NCBI GenBank assembly: GCA_047150005.1
Contig: AP038806.1
Span: 2,272,001-2,336,000, forward strand
Length of the DNA stretch: 64,000 bases
Source of the DNA: Nitrospira sp.
Lineage (GTDB): Bacteria > Nitrospirota > Nitrospiria > Nitrospirales > Nitrospiraceae
Direction: 5' to 3'
The notes below the pieces were generated by a model. It saw nothing but the letters and a program-made list of their open reading frames with translations. It was not told where the DNA came from and ran no database searches. The position numbers were made by a program, and so were the translations under genes. Shown here one piece after another: positions 52,156 to 62,898 of the stretch; within the stretch, counting starts at the first letter, position 1, and every line of letters begins with the position of its first letter.

Positions 52156-52240
52156 CGTTGTACCGTCAGGTCATGTGACCAATCCTGACGCACGTCATTT
52201 GTAGCAGGAGATCCAGTCAATTGCAACGAAGTGAGGCGAG

Positions 52241-52269
52241 TTGACCCCTTGGGCATCGAGACCTATAAT
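52241..52269 (+). promoter_or_regulatory. sigma70 promoter of fabH
   Basis: TTGACC-17 nt-TATAAT. Confidence 0.7.
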
Positions 52270-52311
52270 CCCGCAGCCTATGCGACGCCTTCCATACAAC
52301 CACGGCCAGTC

Positions 52312-53304
52312 ATGATCCACACCAGGATTGTCGGAACCGGCTCTTACCTGCCCGAGCGGGTGGTATCGAATGCGGAGGCTGCCGGTACGCTCGGAATTGC
52401 CCCCTCAATGATCACCCGCCTCACCGGCATCGTCGAGCGACGGTGGGCCGATCCATCCCAGGCGTCGTCCGATCTGGCCGTGGAGGCGTGTCGGCGGGCG
52501 ATGGACGCTGCGGGGATCAACCAGTCTGCGATCGAAGCCATTGTTCTTTCAACGACATCACCGGACACGGTCTTTCCCTCGACCGCATGCCTGCTGCAAC
52601 GCAAGCTGGGCTGTCCGGGAGGATCGGCTTTTGATCTGTCCGCGTCCTGCTCGGGGTTTCTCTACGGTCTGTCGATGGCGGATGCCATGATTCGAAGCGG
52701 CCAACTGACCCAATGTTTGGTTGTGGCGGCAGAGGTCAAGTCACGGACGCTTGATCCCGACGATGCCGACACGGCGCTTCTGTTCGGCGACGGAGCCGGT
52801 GCGGTCGTGGTGCGAGCCGAGCATGGCGCAAGCCGACCTGACCGAGGCATCCTGGGCCTGCGGATACATGCCGAAGGCGCCCGGCATGACTTGATCCGGA
52901 TTCCGGTCGGCGGTTCGCGCATGCCGGCGACGGAGGCGACCTTCAACAGGCCGGGTACGACGCTCCGCATGCGAGGAGGTCCGCTGTTCCGATTGGCCGT
53001 CAAGAAATTGGACCAGGCGATCCGGGACCTACTGAAGGAATTCGGCGTGACTCTGGACGATGTGGCGTATCTGGTCCTGCACCAGGCAAACGGACGGATC
53101 CTGTCCAGCCTCACGGCCAAGCTCGAGCTCCCGGCTTCAAAAATCTGCTCGGTGATCGAGCGTCTAGGCAATACCTCATCCGCCTCGGTGCCGGTCGCGT
53201 TGGATCATGCCGTCCGTGCCGGTAAAATCATGCCACAGGATTTGGTCGTGCTGGGAAGTTTCGGCGGCGGGATCACATGGGCGACGGGACTGATTCGGTG
53301 GTAG
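52312..53304 (+). CDS. fabH: beta-ketoacyl-ACP synthase III
   Basis: GTGSYLP, ASCSGF, LFGDGAGA, HQAN, GNTSSAS. Confidence 0.92.
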   Translation: MIHTRIVGTGSYLPERVVSNAEAAGTLGIAPSMITRLTGIVERRWADPSQASSDLAVEACRRAMDAAGINQSAIEAIVLSTTSPDTVFPSTACLLQRKLGCPGGSAFDLSASCSGFLYGLSMADAMIRSGQLTQCLVVAAEVKSRTLDPDDADTALLFGDGAGAVVVRAEHGASRPDRGILGLRIHAEGARHDLIRIPVGGSRMPATEATFNRPGTTLRMRGGPLFRLAVKKLDQAIRDLLKEFGVTLDDVAYLVLHQANGRILSSLTAKLELPASKICSVIERLGNTSSASVPVALDHAVRAGKIMPQDLVVLGSFGGGITWATGLIRW

Positions 53305-53400
53305 CCGACACCGTGAGGCGACGGCCTCATTCTCGTCGAGCCGAGGGAAAGATATTCTGAGTGGGGGACGGCGATTGATCAGCGGAGGAGCGGGACCATC

Positions 53401-54018
53401 ATGTTCGGACTGATTCCACGGGAGGAAGCCTTCTTCGAGCTATTCAAGAAGGCGGCGCACAACATGATCGAGGGGAGCCGGCTCCTGGCCGCGATGATGA
53501 AGGACCTGCGTTCGCCGGTCGAGCAGGCCAGGTGCATCAAAGAGGTCGAGCATGTCGGAGACGGCATTACACACGATATTGCGCTCCGCCTCAATCAAAC
53601 GTTCATTACGCCGATCGACCGCGAGGATATCCATGATCTTGCCAGCGCGCTCGACGACATTCTTGATGTGGCCGAAGCGATCGCCGACCGCTTCGTCCTG
53701 TACAAGGTCACCAAGCCGACCGAGATGGCCGTCAAACTGGCCGACATCTTGTATCAGGCGTCGGTGGCGGTCGGGCAGGGCGTGGACCGACTTGGGATGG
53801 CTCATCCGGACATTAAGGAATGCAGCGTCCAGGTCAACAGTCTGGAGAATGAAGCGGACCGCGTCTCTCGCGACGCCATTTCCGAGCTCTTCGACAAAGA
53901 GACGGATCCGATCGCCGTCATCAAATGGAAAGAGATCTATGAAGGATTCGAGGCCGGCACCGACCGCTGTGAAGACGTAGCCAATATTCTGGAACGGATC
54001 TCATTAAAGCACCACTAG
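53401..54018 (+). CDS. DUF47 phosphate transport regulator (PhoU-like)
   Basis: FITPIDREDI, LENEAD, DRCEDVAN; upstream of pit. Confidence 0.92.
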   Translation: MFGLIPREEAFFELFKKAAHNMIEGSRLLAAMMKDLRSPVEQARCIKEVEHVGDGITHDIALRLNQTFITPIDREDIHDLASALDDILDVAEAIADRFVLYKVTKPTEMAVKLADILYQASVAVGQGVDRLGMAHPDIKECSVQVNSLENEADRVSRDAISELFDKETDPIAVIKWKEIYEGFEAGTDRCEDVANILERISLKHH

Positions 54019-54082
54019 ACGGACGCGCGGATCGTGATGATAGAAGCCACCCCAATCGCCTGACCTCCCTCCTGACGACGTC

Positions 54083-55078
54083 ATGATGTTGGAACTCAAC
54101 GGAATGTTGCTCCTGGTCGTCTTGCTCGCGTTGCTCTTCGACTTTTCGAACGGGTGGCACGACAGCGCCAACGCCATCGCGACGGTCGTTTCCACCAGAG
54201 TGGTGAGTCCGCTTGTCGCGGTCATTGGGGCCGGCATCTTGAATATCGCCGGAGCGTTCATGTCCACTGCCGTCGCCAAGATGGTCGGCTCGGGCATCGT
54301 GGATCCTTCGACGGTCACGCAGCAGATGGTGGCGTCGGCGCTGGCCGGCGCCATCTCGTGGAACCTGTTCACCTTGCTGCTCGGGCTGCCCACCAGTTCG
54401 TCCCACGCTCTGATCGGCGGCATGGTGGGAGCGGCGGTGACACACGGCGGGTGGGACACCGTCAAACTATCGGGTCTTCGATCCGTACTGGAGGCCATGG
54501 TCCTGTCTCCCTTCTTCGGCTTTGCCATCGGCCTCTCGCTGATGGTCCTGATCAGCTGGCTGTTTTTTCGTGTCCCCCGGGGGATTGCGACCAAGATATT
54601 CAAGCGTCTGCAACTACTGTCGGCTTGCTTCATGGCGTTCAGCCACGGCGCGAATGATGCGCAGAAGGCGATGGGCATCATCACGCTTGCGCTGCTCTCG
54701 GCCGGTCAGATCCAATCCCAGGAGGTGCCCGGCTGGGTGATCGGCGCCTGTGCGGTGGCCATGGGGCTGGGAACGGCCGCAGGCGGCTGGCGGATCGTCC
54801 GTACTCTCGGGATGGGCATCGTCAAGCTGGAGCCGGTGCACGGATTCGCGGCGGAGACGGGGGCGGCCGCGGTCCTCATGGTAACAGCCCACATCGGCTT
54901 GCCTGTGAGCACGACCCATACCATCACCTCGTCGGTGATGGGTGTCGGAGCCATCAAACGCCTGTCTGCCGTTCGTTGGGGGGTGACTCGGAGAATCCTC
55001 TATGCCTGGCTCTTCACGTTGCCGGGCGCGGCCATCCTCGCCTCAGTGATTTACTTAGTGGGGACGAGACTGGGGTGA
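54083..55078 (+). CDS. pit: inorganic phosphate transporter (PiT family)
   Basis: NGWHDSANAIAT, PTSSSHA, HGANDAQK, PVSTTH. Confidence 0.95.
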   Translation: MMLELNGMLLLVVLLALLFDFSNGWHDSANAIATVVSTRVVSPLVAVIGAGILNIAGAFMSTAVAKMVGSGIVDPSTVTQQMVASALAGAISWNLFTLLLGLPTSSSHALIGGMVGAAVTHGGWDTVKLSGLRSVLEAMVLSPFFGFAIGLSLMVLISWLFFRVPRGIATKIFKRLQLLSACFMAFSHGANDAQKAMGIITLALLSAGQIQSQEVPGWVIGACAVAMGLGTAAGGWRIVRTLGMGIVKLEPVHGFAAETGAAAVLMVTAHIGLPVSTTHTITSSVMGVGAIKRLSAVRWGVTRRILYAWLFTLPGAAILASVIYLVGTRLG

Positions 55079-56913
55079 CTCGTCGTCTGGTCCGTAGGCT
55101 GGACCGGGAGGCGGACGACGAACCGGCTGCCGCACGGACGGTTTCCCTCGACCCATACCTGCCCTCCGTGCCCCTCAACGATGTGTCGTACGATCGCCAG
55201 GCCGAGTCCGGTGCCTCCCATCTCGCGCGAGCGGGCTTTGTCGACTCGGTAGAAGCGCTCAAACACTCGAGGCCGATCCGATTCCGGGATGCCGATGCCG
55301 GTGTCCGCGACGCTGATCTCGAGACTTTCGGATTTCCCGCCGGCCGGCGGTCCGCCTGGAGCGACGTGGCGGGCGGCGACCGTGATGCTCCCGCCTTCCG
55401 GCGTGTACTTGATCGCGTTGTCGAGCAGATTCGACAGGACTTGCCCCAACCGTTCTTCATCGCCGTTCACCAGGGGAAGTCCGGAAGGAATGTCCGCCAC
55501 CAGGCGGTGTCCTTTCTTTCCGGCCAGGGGACGCATCATGGCCATTGTGCGCTCGACGATCATCTCGATTTGCAGGGGCTCGTGCCGGAGGAGAACCTGT
55601 CCTGACTCGATTTTCGACAATTGCAGCAAGTCTTCCAGAATCAGATTGAGACGGTCGCTTTGCTTCAGAATGATGTCCAGAAATTTGGCGCTGGTATCCG
55701 GGTCGTCTTTTCCGCCGTCCAGCAACGCCTCCACATAGCCTTTGATCGACGTCAGGGGGGTCCGGAGCTCGTGGGAGACATTGGCCACGAAGTCCTTGCG
55801 AATCTTTTCGAGCCGTCTGAGCTCGGTGATGTCGTGAAACACCAAAACGGCGCAGGCTTCGTTCTCCTGCTCGCCCCCCGCCACGGACGCTTCGATATGC
55901 AGGCAGCGCCCGCTGGGACTCAGAAGAATTTCATCCTCCTGTCCGGCCCTGGTGCTGAGCACCGTGGACACCAACAGCGCCAGGTGAGGATGACCGAAGA
56001 CGCCGGAAAATTCACGTCCTCTGGCTTCCGCTCTGGTGACGTTGAACATGCGTTCAAGTGCGGGGTTCACTTGGAGCACCCGTCCTCGGTAGTCCAAGAC
56101 CATGACCCCTTCCACCATCGACGTCAACATGGCCAGGAGCTGGGACCGGTCTTCCGACACTTCCTCGATCTTCGCGCGTAACTCGTCCGCCATATGGTTG
56201 AGCGTTTCGCCGAGCAGTCCCGCTTCATCTCGCGAGGTGATCTGAATGCGGGCGGCCGCATCGCCGTCCGCCATCCGACGGGCTGCGGCCGCCATGTCCG
56301 ACAGGGGTTTCGTCAAGCTGCGCGCCAGCAAGATGCTCAATCCCACGGCGACCAGGAAGGCGCTGCCGAAGGCCAGCACCAGATTGCGACGGAGCTGGGA
56401 CAGTTCTTCTTCCAGGGTCACGATCGGAAGCCCGAGGCGGAGAATGATCGAGGTCTTGCCGTCGCGTTCCGTCAGCAGGATCGCATGGTACAACGTGCGT
56501 TCTCCGGTAGTCTGGCTTGCACGCAGATCGCTCCCGCTTCCCTGAGCCAGAGCCTGCTCGACCTCCGGTCTGGTCCGGTGGTTTTCGACTCCCGGTAGGC
56601 TCTCGCGTGAAACCGCGCTGTCGGCCAGCACCAGGCCGTCGGGGGCGATCAGCGTGATTCTGGCCAAAGCCTTGGCTCCCAATTCCTGCACGAGGGCTTG
56701 AAACGCCGGATCGGTGAAACGCGGGGCGGGGGCGCGCAGCCATGGCCGCAATTCGTGGGCGACCAGCTCCGTACGGACGTCGAGATTTCTGTGAGATTGC
56801 GCCAGTTCCTGCCGCTCCAGCGACCGCTCGGCCAGGAACCCCGCCATTGCAAAGCCGCAGACTAGGGCAAACAGCGTGGCGAGCGTGACTTTCCATCGGA
56901 TGGAAAGGTTCAT
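55051..56913 (-). CDS. phoR: PhoR-like sensor histidine kinase (HAMP-PAS-HisKA-HATPase)
   Basis: ENHRTRPEV, FVANVSHELRTPLTSI, NLLDNAIKY, FYRVDKARSR, GGTGLGL. Confidence 0.88.
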   Translation of the reverse strand: MNLSIRWKVTLATLFALVCGFAMAGFLAERSLERQELAQSHRNLDVRTELVAHELRPWLRAPAPRFTDPAFQALVQELGAKALARITLIAPDGLVLADSAVSRESLPGVENHRTRPEVEQALAQGSGSDLRASQTTGERTLYHAILLTERDGKTSIILRLGLPIVTLEEELSQLRRNLVLAFGSAFLVAVGLSILLARSLTKPLSDMAAAARRMADGDAAARIQITSRDEAGLLGETLNHMADELRAKIEEVSEDRSQLLAMLTSMVEGVMVLDYRGRVLQVNPALERMFNVTRAEARGREFSGVFGHPHLALLVSTVLSTRAGQEDEILLSPSGRCLHIEASVAGGEQENEACAVLVFHDITELRRLEKIRKDFVANVSHELRTPLTSIKGYVEALLDGGKDDPDTSAKFLDIILKQSDRLNLILEDLLQLSKIESGQVLLRHEPLQIEMIVERTMAMMRPLAGKKGHRLVADIPSGLPLVNGDEERLGQVLSNLLDNAIKYTPEGGSITVAARHVAPGGPPAGGKSESLEISVADTGIGIPESDRPRVFERFYRVDKARSREMGGTGLGLAIVRHIVEGHGGQVWVEGNRPCGSRFVVRLPVQPTDQTTSHPSLVPTK

Positions 56914-56964
56914 AGGGGTGGCGGCACGCGCAGGGGGAGCCGGTTCATCTCCATGGACGCATCC

Positions 56965-57666
56965 TCAGTCTTCCTCCCTCAGCTTGTAGCCGAGTGATTT
57001 AACGGACAGGATCGCCTCGTCGAGCAGCGGAATCTTCTGCTTGAGGCGTCGAATATGGACGTCGACGGTTCTGGTCGTGCCGAAGTAATCATAGCCCCAC
57101 ACCGTATTCAGCAGCACCTCTCGCGTCAACACGCGCCCCGGATTCCGAAGCAGATGTTCCAACAGGCCGAACTCTTTGGCGGTGAGCGGGACCTCCTTGT
57201 CGTCGTCGGTGACCTCGTGCCGCGCCAGGTCCATCACCAAATTGCCGTAGCGATAGACGGTCTCGTGCTGGTTCTGGCTGCGGTCGAGGCGGCGGAACAA
57301 GGCCTTGATTCGCGCCACCAGTGCTTTGGGACTGAAGGGCTTCGTCACGTAGTCGTCGGCGCCCAGTTCGAGACCGATGACGGTGTCGGATTCCTCCACT
57401 TTGGCCGTGAGCATGATGATCGGGACCATAGCCGTGTCCGGTGCGGAACGGAGTCTCTTGCAGACCTCAAGTCCGTCGATCTCCGGCAGCATCAGATCGA
57501 GCACCACCAGATCGGGCTTTTCCTGTTTCACGGACTTCAGGGCATCCGTTCCCGTCGCCGCGGTCAGGGTACGGAACCCCTCCTTGTCGAGATAGAGCTT
57601 GACCAGCTGAAGGATGTCTTTTTCGTCCTCGACGATGAGAATTTTTCTGGGAGCGGCTTGGGCCAT
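56965..57666 (-). CDS. phoB: PhoB/PhoP-like OmpR-family response regulator
   Basis: LDLMLP, GADDYVTKPF, RTVDVHIRRL; adjacent to phoR and pit. Confidence 0.82.
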   Translation of the reverse strand: MAQAAPRKILIVEDEKDILQLVKLYLDKEGFRTLTAATGTDALKSVKQEKPDLVVLDLMLPEIDGLEVCKRLRSAPDTAMVPIIMLTAKVEESDTVIGLELGADDYVTKPFSPKALVARIKALFRRLDRSQNQHETVYRYGNLVMDLARHEVTDDDKEVPLTAKEFGLLEHLLRNPGRVLTREVLLNTVWGYDYFGTTRTVDVHIRRLKQKIPLLDEAILSVKSLGYKLREED

Positions 57667-57903
57667 GGGAAATGGGCTCAGCCTACGGGGGAGGGGTAAG
57701 CCTGTCAAGGTGGGACGGGAGTGGTATCCCCCTTGGCCCTTCGCGTCGCGGTCCCGACCGAATCTTCGAAGATGGGGCGGGAGGTCTCATGGTCGAGGTA
57801 CTTAGGGAACCGCCGCCATATCTGTTGACGACCGGCCGACCTCTGACGTATGGTGCAGAGGGGCCTACTCTGTTTGGTTGTGCGTGAAGGAGCGAGCACG
57901 ATC

Positions 57904-58866
57904 ATGAAAATTTACCTAGCTAATCCGCGCGGGTTCTGCGCCGGCGTCGATCGGGCGATCGACATTGTCGATCTGTCGCTGCGCAAATACGGGGCGCCGA
58001 TTTATGTCCGCCATGAAATCGTCCATAGCCGACATGTCGTGAACTCGTTACGTCAGAAAGGTGCGGTCTTTGTCGAGGAGCTGAGCGAAGTTCCCGAGGG
58101 TTCCGTGGTGATCTTCAGCGCCCACGGCGTGGCCAAATCGGTGTGGGAGGAAGCCAATCGGCGGCGCCTGCACGTCATCGATGCCACCTGTCCATTGGTC
58201 ATCAAGGTCCACAATGAAGTGAATCGAGACTATACGCAGGGGTACGATTTGATCCTGATCGGCCATGCGGGGCATCCGGAAGTGATCGGAACATTGGGCC
58301 AGATTCCGGACAAATTCCACCTGGTCTCGTCCGTTGAGGATGTCGAAACGCTTCAGGTGGACAACGTCCACTCCCTGTCCTACGTCACGCAAACCACGTT
58401 GAGCGTGGATGAATGCCGCGACATCGTGGGAGCGTTGCACCGCCGATTTCCTAATATCAAGGGGCCGCATCAGGAAGATATCTGTTATGCTACCCAGAAC
58501 CGGCAGAACGCCGTCAAAGAGCTGTCCAAACTGGTGGACGTGATTCTGGTGATCGGCTCGCCCAACAGCTCCAATTCCAATCGTCTGCGTGAGTTGGGTG
58601 AACATTGCGGGATTGCCTCCTATCTGATCGATTCCGCTTCCGACATCAATCCGGCCTGGCTCGACAGTGTCAAGGCCGTGGGTATTACGGCCGGTGCTTC
58701 CGCGCCGGAAGTGCTGGTCGCCGAAGTCGTCGCCTATTTGAAGACCTATGGGACCGCGGAAGTCGAAGATCTGACCGTGATTGAAGAAGACGTGGAATTC
58801 TTGCTGCCCAAGGAACTCATCACGATCGAGTCCTCCAAGCAATCGGTAACGGCTCCCACCAGATAG
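57904..58866 (+). CDS. ispH: 4-hydroxy-3-methylbut-2-enyl diphosphate reductase
   Basis: [36 protein letters not shown]. Confidence 0.97.
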   Translation: MKIYLANPRGFCAGVDRAIDIVDLSLRKYGAPIYVRHEIVHSRHVVNSLRQKGAVFVEELSEVPEGSVVIFSAHGVAKSVWEEANRRRLHVIDATCPLVIKVHNEVNRDYTQGYDLILIGHAGHPEVIGTLGQIPDKFHLVSSVEDVETLQVDNVHSLSYVTQTTLSVDECRDIVGALHRRFPNIKGPHQEDICYATQNRQNAVKELSKLVDVILVIGSPNSSNSNRLRELGEHCGIASYLIDSASDINPAWLDSVKAVGITAGASAPEVLVAEVVAYLKTYGTAEVEDLTVIEEDVEFLLPKELITIESSKQSVTAPTR

Positions 58867-59043
58867 TCCCTGTCTTGTATCCTCTCGCTGTTTCTCATGA
58901 TCTCTCCCAAATCTTGTGGGGGCGTCCGAGGACGCCCACTACAGGCGGTGTTTTTCTTTGATTCCATCGGGTGGCTGTGATACAACGCTGACCCGTGCGA
59001 TCCTCCAGGCCATCGGACACATCACTCACAGAAGGAGCAGGGC

Positions 59044-62000
59044 ATGTATCTCAAGTCGCTTGAGATGTCGGGGTTCAAGTCCTTCGCGGAGGCGAAGATT
59101 GAGTTTCCTGAGGGGGTGACTGCCGTCGTCGGGCCGAACGGAAGCGGGAAGAGCAACGTGGTCGACGCCATCCTGTGGGTATTGGGTGAGCAGAGCACCA
59201 AGACCCTCCGAAGCGAAAAAATGGAGGATGTCATCTTCAACGGAACGGAGCTGCGGAAGCCGTTGGGTATGGCGGAAGTCTCGCTGGTGATCGGCGGACT
59301 CGACCACATCAAGGTGGATCCGCTCTCGGGACTCACAAGTCAACTCGCGGAATACCAGGAGTTGATGATCACGCGCCGCTTGTATCGAAACGGTGACAGC
59401 GAATATTTGATCAACAAAACGGCATGCCGTCTGAAAGACATTCGCAGCGTGCTGCTGGATACGAGGGCGGGGACCAAGGGCCATACGGTCATCGCTCAGG
59501 GGCAGATCGATCAGATTCTCAACGCCTCTCCGCAGGACCGCAGGGAGTTGATCGAGGAAACGGCCGGGATCGTCCGCTATAAGAAGCAGAAGGCGGAGGC
59601 GCTGCGCAAACTCGATGCGACTCAGCAGAATCTGCTGCGCGTCCGAGACATCATCGGCGAGGTCAAGAAGCAATTGAACTCGCTGGAGCGACAGGCTCGG
59701 CAAGCTCGCTCGTATCAGGTCTTGCAGCAGGAGGCGCGCTCGCTGGAAATCGCGTTGCTCACGAACGAATACCGTGCGTTGCGGACTGTGATTGCCGATA
59801 TTGAAAAGGAATTGGGTCTGTTGACCGGGCGGGAGTCCGAGCAGGCCTCAGAACAAGCGAAGCTCAACGTGGAGCTGGAGCGCGTCAGGCTGGCGATGGC
59901 TGAGGCCGGCGACGTCGCGAATCGGCTCAGGGAAGAGTTGGCTCGGCTCGAGCACCAACAGGCTCAGGCCCTGACGTCCTCCGAAGTGGAGCGCCATCGC
60001 GGCGAGCTCTACGAGCAGCAGCGAACGCAAGGCGCCTCCGAGCTGGAGCGTGCCAAGCAGGAACAGGAGCATCTGGCGTCCGCCGAAACGGCTCTGGAAC
60101 GGACGCTCGAGACGCTGGCCCAGGAACTGCTCGAGCAGGAGCAGACCCTCGCGGGCCTCGATCAAGAGATGAAGACTCTGACGCACCAGCGCACCGGGAC
60201 GGTTCAAGAGGAAGAGCGGGCGCGTGTGGACGTCATGAACCTCGCCGTACTGGTGGCGAATGCCGAGCAAACTCAGTCTCAGCTGGCGGTGCGAAGCGAG
60301 GAGATCGCTCAACGGGAACATCGCTTGGGTCGGGAGCGCGAGGAACTGGACGGCCAACGTCAGGCCGTCACGGAGAAACGTCGAACGCTTCTCGAATCCT
60401 GCGAGGAGGCAAAGCACACGGTCGGCACGCTGCGGGAACAGCAGCGGGCGGTGGAGGAAGCGGCCGAGCGCAGTGCCGCGTCGCTGGTGGACATTGATCA
60501 GCGCCTGTTGCGCGAATCGGAAGAATTGGCCGCCGCGGACTCCCATTGGCGCGCCCTGCAAGACGTACTGCGCGAAGACATGGGTTATGGCCGATCGGGA
60601 GACGAAGAAGCGACGGCCTTGAAGGCCTGCGAGGGCGTGCACGAGGCGATTGCGGAGTGGTTGGAAATTCCGGCGGAGTTGGATCGAGCCGTGGAAGCAT
60701 GGTTGGGAGAGCGCGTGCGCGGGTGGTTGGTGGACGGTCCCGCCGCCGCCTGTCGGGCCATTGAATTTCTATCGGGAAAGGACCTCGGGCGAGGCACGTT
60801 TATTCCGTACTCCCCGCGATGGAGGGCGCCTGCCGATGAATGGTGGCCTACCCTGGCGGGCCGGATGGGTGTCATCGGCCGCGCGGCCGATCTGATCTCC
60901 GTACAGCCGTCCCGTGCGGCGGCACGCGATTACCTGTTCGACCGAGTGGTCTTTGTGGAAACTCTGCAGGATGCGCTGAGCCAGTGGGAAACGCTCGCCG
61001 CAGAGAGTGGGGGGCCTGTGTTCGTCACCAAGGCGGGTGAGATTGTGGATGCGGCCGGAGCCATCACCGGGGGGCAAACAGGTCCGACGGGCGGTCTGTT
61101 GCAGCGCCGCCGCGAGGTGTTGAACCTGGAATCTCGCCGGGCTGAATTGACCCAGGCCGTGGAGGAGGGGCGGCAGCGGCGGGACCAACTCGTCACGGAA
61201 GGGCAGCAGTTGCGCGACGAAGCCAGACGCCTGGCCGATTTGCTGCGAGAGGCCGAAATGAGCGGCCTTTCCCTTCAGAAGGATGAGGCGGGGCTGGAGC
61301 AGATCCTGGGAGATTTGACTCGCCGCATCGAGGCGCTCACGGAGGAGGCTCAGCGGAACTCGGGCGAAGCGCAGCGGCTCCAGCAGGAAGCGCGGGTCGG
61401 CGCAGCGCAGCTGGAACAGTGGATGGCGGAAAAGGCCGGTCAGGAGCGCAGCCTTGCGCAGGTGCGAGCCCGTCTCGTGCACATCGAGGAGAATGTACAG
61501 GGACTTCAACAGCGACTGACGGCGGCGCAGCTCGCCGTGCAAGGCAATCGCACGGCCGGCGAGCATCATCGGCGGGACGTGCAGCGGATTCGACAACAAC
61601 GGCAGGAAGGGCTCGCCCGCATCGAGAGCTTCGTTCAGCAATTGGCTTCGCTCGAAGCGTCGCTGACCCAGAGCCGGCAAGAACGGCTGCGGTATGAGGA
61701 ACTCTGCCGTGAGCTGGGCGGGGCGGTCGACCGAGTGAAGGCGGACGTGGTGCAGGCGCAGGAACGGCAAGCGCAAGACCTGGCGCATGCGCATGAGATC
61801 GAAATCGGTCTGGAGCGCGTGCGGGAAGTCATGACGTCGCTGCGCGAAAGCCGCCTGGCCGTCGAGGTGAGACGCGCCGAGGTCCGCACTCAGCTGGGGA
61901 CAGTCGAGTCCACGCTGACCGGGACCTATCAAGTGGACCTGTCCGCGCTCTCCGAGCCGATGCCGGCTGCGGAGGACGGTACCGCTGTGCAACCAGCCGC

Positions 62001-62694
62001 CGGCTCCGACGACGACGTGAGACAGCAACTGCAAAAGATTCGCGAACGACTCGATCGCATGGGACCGATCAATCTGGCTGCGATCAGCGAGCACGAGGAG
62101 CTGGAAACGCGGCATCAATTCCTTTCGACCCAAGAGCAGGATCTGTCGACCTCCATGGCGTCGCTGAAGGAAATCATCCAACGGATCAATCGTACGACAA
62201 AAGACATGTTTGCTTCGACGTTCGCGGAATTACAGGAACAATTTGGTGTGGTCTTCTCCAAGTTCTTCCCGGGCGGCCGGGCGGAACTGCAGCTGGTCGA
62301 GGCGACGATAGGCGATGGGACGGAGGAGAAGGGGCCGCAGGATGATCCCGGCGTAGAGATCGTCGCCCAGCCGCCCGGGAAGCGTCTGAAAAATATCACG
62401 ATGTTGTCGGGAGGAGAGAAGACGCTGACGGCGATGGCCCTGTTGTTCGCGAGCTTTCTGATCAGGCCGACACCATTCTGCATCCTGGACGAAATCGACG
62501 CGCCGCTCGACGAGGAGAACATCGGACGCTTTACCGGCGTTCTGCGGGAGCTGGCTCGGGAAGCGCAATTCATGGTCATTACTCACAACAAGAGAACCAT
62601 GGCGATCGCCGATTCGCTGTTCGGCGTGACGATGGAAGAGCCGGGGATCTCGAAGCTCGTCTCCGTTCGACTGGCGGACTTGCAGCCGGCATAA
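59044..62694 (+). CDS. smc: chromosome segregation protein SMC
   Basis: GFKSF, GPNGSGKSN, coiled coils, hinge GRGTF, LSGGEK, LDEIDAPLD. Confidence 0.97.
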   Translation: MYLKSLEMSGFKSFAEAKIEFPEGVTAVVGPNGSGKSNVVDAILWVLGEQSTKTLRSEKMEDVIFNGTELRKPLGMAEVSLVIGGLDHIKVDPLSGLTSQLAEYQELMITRRLYRNGDSEYLINKTACRLKDIRSVLLDTRAGTKGHTVIAQGQIDQILNASPQDRRELIEETAGIVRYKKQKAEALRKLDATQQNLLRVRDIIGEVKKQLNSLERQARQARSYQVLQQEARSLEIALLTNEYRALRTVIADIEKELGLLTGRESEQASEQAKLNVELERVRLAMAEAGDVANRLREELARLEHQQAQALTSSEVERHRGELYEQQRTQGASELERAKQEQEHLASAETALERTLETLAQELLEQEQTLAGLDQEMKTLTHQRTGTVQEEERARVDVMNLAVLVANAEQTQSQLAVRSEEIAQREHRLGREREELDGQRQAVTEKRRTLLESCEEAKHTVGTLREQQRAVEEAAERSAASLVDIDQRLLRESEELAAADSHWRALQDVLREDMGYGRSGDEEATALKACEGVHEAIAEWLEIPAELDRAVEAWLGERVRGWLVDGPAAACRAIEFLSGKDLGRGTFIPYSPRWRAPADEWWPTLAGRMGVIGRAADLISVQPSRAAARDYLFDRVVFVETLQDALSQWETLAAESGGPVFVTKAGEIVDAAGAITGGQTGPTGGLLQRRREVLNLESRRAELTQAVEEGRQRRDQLVTEGQQLRDEARRLADLLREAEMSGLSLQKDEAGLEQILGDLTRRIEALTEEAQRNSGEAQRLQQEARVGAAQLEQWMAEKAGQERSLAQVRARLVHIEENVQGLQQRLTAAQLAVQGNRTAGEHHRRDVQRIRQQRQEGLARIESFVQQLASLEASLTQSRQERLRYEELCRELGGAVDRVKADVVQAQERQAQDLAHAHEIEIGLERVREVMTSLRESRLAVEVRRAEVRTQLGTVESTLTGTYQVDLSALSEPMPAAEDGTAVQPAAGSDDDVRQQLQKIRERLDRMGPINLAAISEHEELETRHQFLSTQEQDLSTSMASLKEIIQRINRTTKDMFASTFAELQEQFGVVFSKFFPGGRAELQLVEATIGDGTEEKGPQDDPGVEIVAQPPGKRLKNITMLSGGEKTLTAMALLFASFLIRPTPFCILDEIDAPLDEENIGRFTGVLRELAREAQFMVITHNKRTMAIADSLFGVTMEEPGISKLVSVRLADLQPA

Positions 62695-62898
62695 GACTGA
62701 AATCCGCAGAGCAAATTTGCTGAAAACATTCGTACTTCAGAGCACTTCGGCCGCCTGTTGCTTGACTTCGCCTGGGGCGTCTGTTATATCCGCAGCCATT
62801 GAGTCTTCAACCTACGCATAGGCGATCCGGTGGGCAGTTCGTAGGGTGATGAACGGTCATACCGGGTCCACCGGCTGCATTTCCCTGACACAACCACG

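Noticed and set aside
57667..57800. Pho box upstream of phoB
   Set aside because: Only a single CTGTCA-like half-site, with no 11-nt direct repeat
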